20,000 bases of DNA, taken from the IMG/VR virus record IMGVR_UViG_3300020047_004915. One strand, written 5' to 3'. The stretch comes from an uncultured virus (IMG/VR IMGVR_UViG_3300020047_004915) (taxonomy: Duplodnaviria > Heunggongvirae > Uroviricota > Caudoviricetes > Schitoviridae). The notes beneath the pieces are model-generated. The model had not been told where the DNA came from. It made no database searches and worked only from the letters and a program-made list of their open reading frames with translations. Numbering within the stretch: position 1 is the stretch's first letter; each line of letters opens with the position of its first letter. Made by a program: the position numbers and the translations under genes. Below are positions 7,801 to 14,390 of this stretch, piece after piece.

Positions 7801-10800
7801 TAGCATTGTAGATATTGAATGCCAAGTTACTCCCTGTAGTGATGGCATCCTTTACCTTAATGACCTTTTGAAACTTGTCATTAAAAGTAGCCTCAATAGC
7901 ATCTCCCAAAGTATCTTGAAAAACAGAAGCCATAGCATTCAATTGCTTGTCTGAGAACTCAAACTCTACCCAGAACTTGGTTCTGTCTTCTTCATAGGCT
8001 TTGGTTGTGGTGTCAATCTTCAGCCCTTCAGGAAGCAAACCATTGATATGAGTTACCAATGTCTGCATGGCTTGAGCACGTTCACCTGCTTCAGCATTAG
8101 CCACATCTTCCATCTTGTCATACATACCACTGAGGAATTCATTGAACATCCCAGTGACCAGCGTCTCCATACCAGAACCAAAGTGGAACTGAGTAGTAGA
8201 TGTCTTTACGATCTTACGTGCAGCAGAAGTAGCCGTACCATCTTCCTTGATCAATGGTTTGGTGAAGTAGTACACATGGTTGAGTTGCTGTTTGAACGCA
8301 TCACCAGCAGCCTTCATACGTCTTGTGAGGTGTTCTACCATCCCTTTAGCGTTATCTTCATACAAGTCATTACGACCCTCTACACCACGCCATACGTTGT
8401 AATCCTTGTGCTGTTCTTGAGGATTCAAACCAAAGAAACCACCTCGCTCAAGGAATGCAGGAGTGCCATAAGTACCCCATAGAAGATTGGTCAGCATAGG
8501 CCCATTAGTAACACCATCAGCTTCAGCAATGAGGTGTACAGTGAAACTATCAAGGTCTGTGCGTTGAGCATGAAGCATGTTTGCCAAGGCAATCAGACCC
8601 TGTAAACCATGGAGTCTAGTCTTTGTCTTGGCAACAGCATTCACAATGCTACGTTGCTCAGCATCAGTGAGATCAGCATCAGAGTAGATACGATCATAGA
8701 TAGCTTCTACAGCAGCACTGAATACAGGATTGGTAATGGAATACACACCATCCTTAACAGTCAAACCAAGTGCTTTAGTGACATCATTCAAGGCTGCTTC
8801 ATGACTCTTCTTGTCAATATCAATATCCAGAGCCAAAGCTACAGCAATCAACAAAGCATTCACTTCTTCAGTGTTGTTTCTGTCGATAGTGGTCTGCCAC
8901 TCTTTACGAGTCATCAGGAAACGTGCACCAGCCTTGTCTGCCTGAGGATTGAAGATTGTCTGTTCAATACCAGCACGATTCTGACTCCAAGGAACATTCT
9001 TCAGAAAGAAAGGAACACTAAAGTCATTCTTCAAAGTCTTGTTAATGAAGTCTTTCATACCAAACCAGCTACGTTCAAGACCTTCATTAACAGCTTGAAT
9101 AGCGAGTACCTTAGTCTTCTGGGTACGCTTGTTGTTACCATCAACAATAACCTTACCCATCATTTCCAAAACATATTCAGAATCCATACCATCAAGCACT
9201 ACGAAACCTTCTTCATAGGCAAAATTCTCAATCTTGTTGCTCTCATTGAGAGTATTCAGTAATTCACTAGGAGAATCCTGGAACTTACTACCAAGATCAG
9301 CAGAAGTGGTTTCAACAGGCTTTAAGGAAGGTTCCTTAACCTTCTCTTCCACACCCATCATCTTGGATACAATACTTTGACTACCTTGACCAGACACAGC
9401 AATCATTCTGTTCTCAGTATCTGCATCAACCATCTTGCGTAGAATTTCATAGTCAATAGTTTCCTTCTTAGCTTTTTCTTCCAAAGTACCAACCATTACA
9501 TTAGCAAAGCGAATGAAGTTCTCTCCAGATGCTTTAGCAGACTCAAAGCTCATGGTTTTGGTATGACCAGTTACTGCACCAATCTCAAACATCAGACGTA
9601 GGGCAATATCTCCCAATTGATTCTGCAACCGAGAATCCATGACTACTGGGGTATCTTTATTGGCTTTAACACCAAGAGACTCTACAACACGTTGTCCAAG
9701 ATCATTAACCACAGCACCCCTACGTTCACCAATCAAAGAGAACTTCTTGTACTCTGCAGGAGACACTGGGAAGTCTTCCTGACGTTGAAGCAAAGCATTG
9801 ATCTCTTTGGGGGTACGCCTGTACGTCATCCCACCTGCATTCTGAATGAAAGAGAACACAGCATAAGCAATAGCTGCTTTCACATTCTCTTCCAGTTCAT
9901 AAGAGACAATTTTACCGTTCTCACGTACTGGAAGCATGAAGGATTCATACAAGTACTGGCTTTCAAACTTAGCATCCTGCTTAACCAACAAACCATCAAT
10001 CATAGGCATCCATTCAGTTACCTTACGCAACAGAATACCCAGAGCATGGTTCTGCTCAGGAGTACGATCCTTTTCCTTTATGAACTCATCAATAATGTTT
10101 GGAAAATCTCTCCATGTACTGAAAAAGTAGGGTACTGAAGCCAATGGTTTAGTAGTGGCACCCTTACCTTTGTTCTGAGTGAACTTACCAGACAGAAAAC
10201 TTACTCCCCTACTTAAGGAGTACAGAACACCCGAACCACTATAATGTTCCTCTTCTCTGTACAGAGATTCTAGTGCCAGAGTACGTTCTTCTCCTTTCAA
10301 TCCTTTTACTCGTTCTGCCTTACTAGGTGCTTTAGGTGTTGGAGTAACATCCTCAATTACAGGGTCTTCAGTAACTTCAATGGTAGGTTCAGTACGGATT
10401 TCCTGTGTATCCTCCTGCACAACATCATCTTCCAAACCATTGAAGTTTTGGAGTGCAGCCAACTTAGACTGTAAGTACGCAAACGTCTTAGGTGCTCTAG
10501 TATCAAGCTGTGCAAGTCCAGTACCTAAGCCAGCAGTAGGAACTGCTATCTTTGTATTAGGAGGTATCTTTGCAAACGCAGCATCAATGGCTTTCACATT
10601 CTCTTCATACGTAGCGTCAGAAAAGAAAGCATTACTTTGCATAGAAGGAGCGCGCTTTGTGGGAATACCAATTGCATTAGGCTCTCCCCGCATCTCTTTG
10701 GCTTGTCCACCAAAACCTTTACCAAGCAGATTGTCCCCAAACAAGAAGATAGTATCAGGTTCAGCCTGTACCATTGCCCGAGTAATACGATCTCGCTTCT

Positions 10801-13800
10801 CCACTTTAGGTTGAGTACTGCTAGTGGCTTCTACCGTATCTGTAGCAGGGGAGATAGGCATATCCTTACGTACAGGGATAGGAGAAACAGGCTCTGGAGT
10901 TACAGCCGGAGGAGTTTCTTCAGTCACTGTGTTATCTACACCGACTTTACGTGCTTGAAGATACAAAGCACTAAAAACAGTACGTGCTGTTGTTAGCTCT
11001 TTAAGGCTGGAATCTTTACCTTTAGGTAAGACAGTACTGAGTATTTGAGGGATTAACTTCTCAAGTGTATCCAATGCATTGTTTCTATAATTAGGCTGTG
11101 TTCTTCCTGCCATTAAATAAGAAAGTGCATTAAGCATTGGCTGTGTAACGATAGTACCAATAGGTAAACCAACTTGAGTAGGTGTAGGCTTAGCCTCACT
11201 AACCTCAGGAGCCTGTTCTGCAGGGGTTTCAGCAACCACAGGTGCTTGGGTAGCCTCCACTTCAACAGGGGCTTGTTGGGCTTCATTGGGGCTTACAGAG
11301 GCATCCGTGGTAGCAGCCACAGGAGTTGCTACATCAAAGCCAACAGCAATCATGTCTGCTGTCTCAAGACTAGCTGCTTGGAGTGCATCAGCTTCAATCT
11401 CAATAGCAGCGATCAGCTTTCCAGAACCCTTGGATACACTGAAGCCACCATTGATACGGAGATCGGCATCAGACCATTCGTCAGTAGTGCTTTCCCAAGT
11501 GTTGTCTGTCTTACGAATGATATTGATCTGCTTCTTAACAGAACCATCCAGACGAGCATTCAAGGCTTCACGACCAAGCTTGGCACGTTGCAATTGGTTT
11601 GCTGCCCACTTCTCAATACCACGTTGTAAAGCCATAGCATGAGTAAAGTTGTTCTCACGAATAGCTTGAGCAATACCATTACGGTAGTCAGTGATACTCT
11701 TGTTCTTGTTTGCCTTGTCTCCGTTGATCACAGTACGAGTAACTGAAGCTACATCTTGCATAGCATTATAAGCTACCCGTGCAGCACTGAACTTACGAAG
11801 GTAGTTACGCTCCTTTTCAGTAAGATCAACAGAAGTGTCATCAGCAATAGCCAATGCTTCTTCAGGTGTCATACTGCCCAGATCACCCATAGAACGAATA
11901 AGACTGATCTTCTCTGGAGATACAGTTGTCTTACCTTTGGCTTTCTCAGCCAAGATGAGTTCAGTCAATGTGTTACGTTTTTCCCAAGCTACTGTAAGAG
12001 CATCTGAAGCTGCATTGTATGCAGCTTCTTTTTCAGGAGTACCGTCTTGGGCTTTCCATGCTGCATGGTTTTCTTCTTCTGCTTTGTCGTAGGCTTCAGT
12101 GACTGCTTTGAAGTCATCATAGCGAGCTTCTCCGGGTTTCACAGTGACACTAGGAGTTACTTGCTGGTCAGCATCGGAGTACCAATCCAAATTATTCTGT
12201 GCTTCAGTTTGGTCTGCATGTGCTTGTTGTAACCCATCCTCCAAGACTGCTTTAGCATCAGCATCTGTAGTAGCAGCAATAGTCTTCTCTAACTCACTGA
12301 TCTGTGTGGTTATTTCTTGAAGACGCTCTTCAGCCTCTTTCCTTGCCTTAACATTGAGATCAACAACATCTTGAGACGAACCTTTTTTCACTACCAATTC
12401 ATCAGTAGTATTAGTGGTATCTTGAGTACCTTGAAGCTCAGCAATATAAGCTTCATAGGCATCCTTGACATTGGATTCATTGATACTGGTTACAGTGTCT
12501 GTAATAGACTTAACCTTCTCAGGAAGCTCTGCCAATGTGTTTATAGCATTCTGTACGTCTGTGTCATCCATGGCTGTACGGAAGCCATTAAGCTTATCCA
12601 AGAGTCCTTGGATGTTTGTGGTGTCCTTACCTTTGGATGTCCTATCTGCAAGAATAGCTTGAGCATCAGATTCTGCTTTGTTCAGGTAATCAGGTACACC
12701 ATCCATCTTCTTCAGAACATCAGGGGTAAGTCCCTTAGAGTTCAGAAGTTCTTCAGCAGCAGCAATACGAGACTGCATGTCATCATAGATTGCTTGAGCC
12801 TTGTTAGATGCTTCCATACGCACATCAGGAGCAGCATCCTTATTGGTGACAATACCATGAAGGATTTCCATCCCCTTATTGAGATCATAAGTCTTGGACG
12901 TAGGATCAAGGAATGCATCTGCATTACCAGAAAGAATGGCATCGTTCACTGCCTTACGTTCAGCAATCTTGGCTTTACGTTTAGCCACACTTGCCTCTGT
13001 ATTGCCTGTGAGAGCAGCTACGGTAGCAAAGGGTGCAGTGATACCTCCAGAAGCCAAACCACCAATGGTAGCTCCCTTGTATATCTCAAGATCAGAGGCA
13101 GGCTTACCAAGCAACTGACCTTCAGCGTAGGTCTGGTAGCCCTCAGTACCTGCTTCACCAAGAGTGGATTTGAGTACATTCTTTGTCACATCAAGGGTGC
13201 CTACTCCAGCACCCTTCAGCATAGACTTCAGGCCCAATTCCCCGGCTTCTTTGACAGCAGTGGTACCAGCAGCCTTACCCATCAAAGCCAAGGGTGTAAC
13301 AGCCTTATTGAGGCCCATAGCACTAACAGACATCATAGTGCCTACGTACTCAGCACCTGCCAGACTGATAGCATCCCTAAGCATCTCAGCACGTTGTTCT
13401 TCAGGGGGGTACTCACCCCCATTCTTGGCTTTGTACGCTTGCATCCCTTTGTTGTAGTACTCACCTGCATACCCCAAGGTAGTTTCAGCAAGGGCAATCT
13501 TACCAATAAGACCGGCACTACCAAGTGCCAACATAGGCACCTGTTCACCCATATATTCCATGGTTGCTACAGGATTGTCTGCACCAACTTTAACCGCATT
13601 GGCAATAAGATTACCTATGGATGCAGAAGCAGAGATTGCATGAGATATTTTATAAGCCAAAGGTGCAGTATCAGAAGACGTACCTTCAACACTGATACGC
13701 AAAGAAGCCAAGTCTGCTCTACCGCCATCAGCAAGTTCTTTATCAAAAACCTTACGTGCACCTTGCTCAACATACATGCTGTAGTCTTGGCTATCACCAA

Positions 13801-14296
13801 TGGAACTTACAATGTTTTCAAGGTCTTGTACCTGTGCAAAGACATCCTTGGGAGACATCTTTCCATAGTCACTGTCATATTGCTTAGCATTGAAGTAAGC
13901 CACTTCTTCAGGAGTAGCTTTACCTGTATTGATCTTGTTGAAGACTTCATAATCTTTGGGTTGAAGCTTGTTAGTGTAACTTGCTGTACCCAAACTGAAA
14001 GGCATAGACCATGCATTACCACCCATACGCATAGCACTGGAACCGATGGAAGCTGCAAGGTTAGCTACATTTGCAGGCACACTATCTAACTCCAAACCAA
14101 ACACATCAACAGTTGTTCCTTTGGCTTCAGCAAGACGTTGACGATGTTCCGCTGCCAATTGCTTGAGCATGTCTACTTTTTCTTGAGTAGCTGCAAGCAC
14201 TTCATCTGTTTTCGTTGGAGGACTATCTACGAAAGGGCCAAGCAAGCCAAGAGAAGTAGGGTCTTGAACAGAAGCAAACGGATCGTAAGTAGACAT
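1874..14296 (-). CDS. Virion-encapsidated RNA polymerase (N4 gp50-like vRNAP), 4140 aa, with accessory macro-like, cpYpsA/SLOG and zincin modules
   Basis: Motif A EADGVTNGPM (D1927, nt 8516-8518) matches N4 vRNAP. Motif B is RKIVKTSTTQFHFGSG (8171-8218), motif C is LNIHDAD (D2292, nt 7421-7423), and an NPQADK segment is present. The C-terminus is N4-like (LIEEGLMPTIVED...SDFIARYALY...FINYDIP...GFVMFTKY). No Cys was seen. A GAGG RBS precedes the ATG. Confidence 0.95.
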   Translation of the reverse strand: MSTYDPFASVQDPTSLGLLGPFVDSPPTKTDEVLAATQEKVDMLKQLAAEHRQRLAEAKGTTVDVFGLELDSVPANVANLAASIGSSAMRMGGNAWSMPFSLGTASYTNKLQPKDYEVFNKINTGKATPEEVAYFNAKQYDSDYGKMSPKDVFAQVQDLENIVSSIGDSQDYSMYVEQGARKVFDKELADGGRADLASLRISVEGTSSDTAPLAYKISHAISASASIGNLIANAVKVGADNPVATMEYMGEQVPMLALGSAGLIGKIALAETTLGYAGEYYNKGMQAYKAKNGGEYPPEEQRAEMLRDAISLAGAEYVGTMMSVSAMGLNKAVTPLALMGKAAGTTAVKEAGELGLKSMLKGAGVGTLDVTKNVLKSTLGEAGTEGYQTYAEGQLLGKPASDLEIYKGATIGGLASGGITAPFATVAALTGNTEASVAKRKAKIAERKAVNDAILSGNADAFLDPTSKTYDLNKGMEILHGIVTNKDAAPDVRMEASNKAQAIYDDMQSRIAAAEELLNSKGLTPDVLKKMDGVPDYLNKAESDAQAILADRTSKGKDTTNIQGLLDKLNGFRTAMDDTDVQNAINTLAELPEKVKSITDTVTSINESNVKDAYEAYIAELQGTQDTTNTTDELVVKKGSSQDVVDLNVKARKEAEERLQEITTQISELEKTIAATTDADAKAVLEDGLQQAHADQTEAQNNLDWYSDADQQVTPSVTVKPGEARYDDFKAVTEAYDKAEEENHAAWKAQDGTPEKEAAYNAASDALTVAWEKRNTLTELILAEKAKGKTTVSPEKISLIRSMGDLGSMTPEEALAIADDTSVDLTEKERNYLRKFSAARVAYNAMQDVASVTRTVINGDKANKNKSITDYRNGIAQAIRENNFTHAMALQRGIEKWAANQLQRAKLGREALNARLDGSVKKQINIIRKTDNTWESTTDEWSDADLRINGGFSVSKGSGKLIAAIEIEADALQAASLETADMIAVGFDVATPVAATTDASVSPNEAQQAPVEVEATQAPVVAETPAEQAPEVSEAKPTPTQVGLPIGTIVTQPMLNALSYLMAGRTQPNYRNNALDTLEKLIPQILSTVLPKGKDSSLKELTTARTVFSALYLQARKVGVDNTVTEETPPAVTPEPVSPIPVRKDMPISPATDTVEATSSTQPKVEKRDRITRAMVQAEPDTIFLFGDNLLGKGFGGQAKEMRGEPNAIGIPTKRAPSMQSNAFFSDATYEENVKAIDAAFAKIPPNTKIAVPTAGLGTGLAQLDTRAPKTFAYLQSKLAALQNFNGLEDDVVQEDTQEIRTEPTIEVTEDPVIEDVTPTPKAPSKAERVKGLKGEERTLALESLYREEEHYSGSGVLYSLSRGVSFLSGKFTQNKGKGATTKPLASVPYFFSTWRDFPNIIDEFIKEKDRTPEQNHALGILLRKVTEWMPMIDGLLVKQDAKFESQYLYESFMLPVRENGKIVSYELEENVKAAIAYAVFSFIQNAGGMTYRRTPKEINALLQRQEDFPVSPAEYKKFSLIGERRGAVVNDLGQRVVESLGVKANKDTPVVMDSRLQNQLGDIALRLMFEIGAVTGHTKTMSFESAKASGENFIRFANVMVGTLEEKAKKETIDYEILRKMVDADTENRMIAVSGQGSQSIVSKMMGVEEKVKEPSLKPVETTSADLGSKFQDSPSELLNTLNESNKIENFAYEEGFVVLDGMDSEYVLEMMGKVIVDGNNKRTQKTKVLAIQAVNEGLERSWFGMKDFINKTLKNDFSVPFFLKNVPWSQNRAGIEQTIFNPQADKAGARFLMTRKEWQTTIDRNNTEEVNALLIAVALALDIDIDKKSHEAALNDVTKALGLTVKDGVYSITNPVFSAAVEAIYDRIYSDADLTDAEQRSIVNAVAKTKTRLHGLQGLIALANMLHAQRTDLDSFTVHLIAEADGVTNGPMLTNLLWGTYGTPAFLERGGFFGLNPQEQHKDYNVWRGVEGRNDLYEDNAKGMVEHLTRRMKAAGDAFKQQLNHVYYFTKPLIKEDGTATSAARKIVKTSTTQFHFGSGMETLVTGMFNEFLSGMYDKMEDVANAEAGERAQAMQTLVTHINGLLPEGLKIDTTTKAYEEDRTKFWVEFEFSDKQLNAMASVFQDTLGDAIEATFNDKFQKVIKVKDAITTGSNLAFNIYNATYQYLRDMIGDSITFEQEEAIRERIKGMLPTVATQFSKESDNGADARIPMMGKRNRRESRRPGYRSVLRFKPFQLEDGTSLSTMTTYGYENLDDSPSVSMVAMPTHSLDSRTSHGAVKGTEALNIHDADLTGVGRIVDQAHRLNTNLWNALLEYSPVREVANGLMRTIQAIPVVVASMTKEEADAYISMLAAHLKQPDPSRKANSKDAYAQIVESMTALYGYAAQADTQKLGFMANMAYLSQYAYEGGALEVTDAMRQAASAKLMTVDKAFTPEQQQAILATKPLLQTKKASTTNTGTPYGVTKIISGGQTGGDRGGLEAGKALGLQTGGTAPKGYRTETGDDASLKDFGVTEHALPSYPGRTEDNVVNSDATIIFNVAEKSPGSDSTVRLAKKHGKPYLVVSTKKGSVAAAQVKAFLEEHKPATLNIAGNRESSAKGLGVFVKNVLVNVLTPTTQSSPPNTAVGLTPHLSILLKEAKASYTYFGKSERAGAIKALKTLLNPVTDATILAVIEAIIASEKGDKTALAGIDVTAQIITFERIVSELQTAKANAAAWGELTTAPAKFPGLVAALSQPNVTKDSLVQALKAITSEAKIPYFDMLLNSIMKLIPDFKVVYLTEDVKRSDVPEKVMTGNEFAQFVLDEGKATLYVRGHMYKNSSVTPETILHELVHSVLSAALVSKNQTDVQKAAIAEITKMYELAKVTLEAKYSRVFGSPDLIQNLDEFITYGITNKEFMIDLQGIAYTTEGLFKAFVRTVFKALGLTQDKLQTVFGALINNVSGLIAEQETNTTKAVSDTIIRSHSPAATVRKYTTVEIFDGLSKGTLQASFEAHLKGILNGIVNTLHGPFGTLAKAVADSSALSPLDVYAKAVNDQSFPFVSDIIASGFVVSEQEQFVAEQIEATVRAAIEDNEGHTTIAYTQLTRMFNEAYKKYPNAQAMLPNFAAATKTEQQRAEALHAFLFKVENGVDGKSNHIARFAAMVLGVEEVNALFQYGSQNREATPVPTTFTERLLSWFNKVLNAFESRATKTYSGQKADVKMESLLKTLVGIEMKKRHRLMQPDKLGDRIEAGTEYLTNKGKQALYKFGNSRVFTKSKNAFVGALGTAVRVTAQDQVEAMAEATRKVYSKAGQHQYGLAMGVLNEMRGATEATLPLHKLGRISKRLENQRKGIMTTVSNTVLASFGKRSFSKKESEAMTKYLIRSGAFMLLDTMSLEEIEKLFSDESYLKAEITKIEQSLNGLKVKGIPGLANFYITTAKALGHSLMTEEDKTQHVLGNAIQISTLAGTEKSGKVPSAITTQAIPMIDKLATLQAILSGNVADQQREMVANIMREQLSRGDKGNGVHMTLLAHKHYIEEATKKMFKGKTYLVPKGFVPEVLNPHVEVMVAGMQEDKRLRQLGYSKSAPVELDRYDNSSDARIYTIKGSGMRPWLSGVFSYSGLSTRYVGKLMKRINPNTVSGQIEQVGIDNQVMLREPYVNQLLSTAYTGFDPTVGTQLWARPTINDQMKIIDYKQVLPGHIKDSVQERNNNFSQLLGTLASNVFDSDSSLELNEKVVRELYDFYHANKAGDARSYVRVSPLSSDPEIREIALKLPKETREAILKVWGPQGMLVRYDTLDLLFGYRKSSATDAVFRNAAEGNMYAKIITDVFSIMFARTSHEGDRTIARERAQRWLNNVGDVWEEIVAETKDIIVMKTGIVMLNNITSNYFELIAYGLTPFEIWKYWRTAILGARAYHRDADKLAYLKHQLEVGYVRDEAETRRQIALLENDIARNPVSKLIEEGLMPTIVEDVASDEDAYSYKSGLTAKVNKHLDKHKNVQKVAKFLYMSRDGWMYQTLSSVTQHSDFIARYALYQHMTNKARNPMTHDAAIQAASDAFINYDIPSHRKLQWANDMGFVMFTKYLIRIQKVILYLARNHPLSSLTTLLLNQYIDALPMIYDSGVFGDSYGGGLLHAGALEYPGVVDNIATLRMLGL
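5560..5960 (-). other. Zincin-like metallopeptidase module inside vRNAP
   Basis: TILHELVHSVL contains HExxH at nt 5789-5803 (H2832). It is preceded by beta-strand-like segments (AQFV...ATLYV) and followed by LDEFITYG, which offers a candidate third Zn ligand (Glu). Confidence 0.7.
6450..6903 (-). other. Circularly permuted YpsA-type SLOG ('putative molybdenum carrier') domain inside vRNAP (aa ~2465-2616)
   Basis: The family signature is nearly complete: KIISGGQTGGDRGGL..G...G..TGG.APKGY.TE.G...Y..RT..NV..SDATIIF...GS..T...AKKHGKPY...LNIAGNRES. Confidence 0.85.
10450..10800 (-). other. Macrodomain-like module inside vRNAP (aa ~1166-1283)
   Basis: The sequence IFLFGDNLLGKGFGGQAKEMRGEPNAIGIPTK...FFSD...KIAVPTAGLGTGLAQL has two Gly-rich loops positioned like the macrodomain ADP-ribose-binding loops. 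P/T/E-rich linkers bound it on both sides. Confidence 0.65.
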
Positions 14297-14313
14297 GTAT
14301 ACACACCTCAGAT

Positions 14314-14340
14314 AAAGAAAACGAAGGCATAGCCTTCGTT
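14314..14340 (-). terminator. Terminator-like hairpin directly upstream of the vRNAP gene
   Basis: The - strand reads AACGAAGGC-TAT-GCCTTCGTT followed by TTCTTT: a 9-bp stem and U-rich tail ending a few nt before the vRNAP RBS. Confidence 0.6.
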
Positions 14341-14390
14341 ATGTGACACAAGCATATCAGAATGACTGTACACCTTATAGATGCTTACTT

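Noticed and set aside
2186..12232. Numerous 60-217-aa ORFs overlapping vRNAP on either strand
   Set aside because: They are shadow or alternative-frame ORFs with no RBS or motif support.
12317..14089. 590-aa + strand ORF antisense to vRNAP
   Set aside because: It lies wholly opposite a well-supported gene, has atypical Cys/Ser/His/Ile-rich composition, a non-ATG start and no recognisable motif. It is best explained as a shadow of sense-strand codon bias, like the many other antisense ORFs here.
14320..14340. Hairpin with a 3-nt loop as an N4-type vRNAP hairpin promoter
   Set aside because: vRNAP promoters lie in the early region and have purine-rich loops with conserved flanks. This one has a TAT/ATA loop and a U-tail within the late region.
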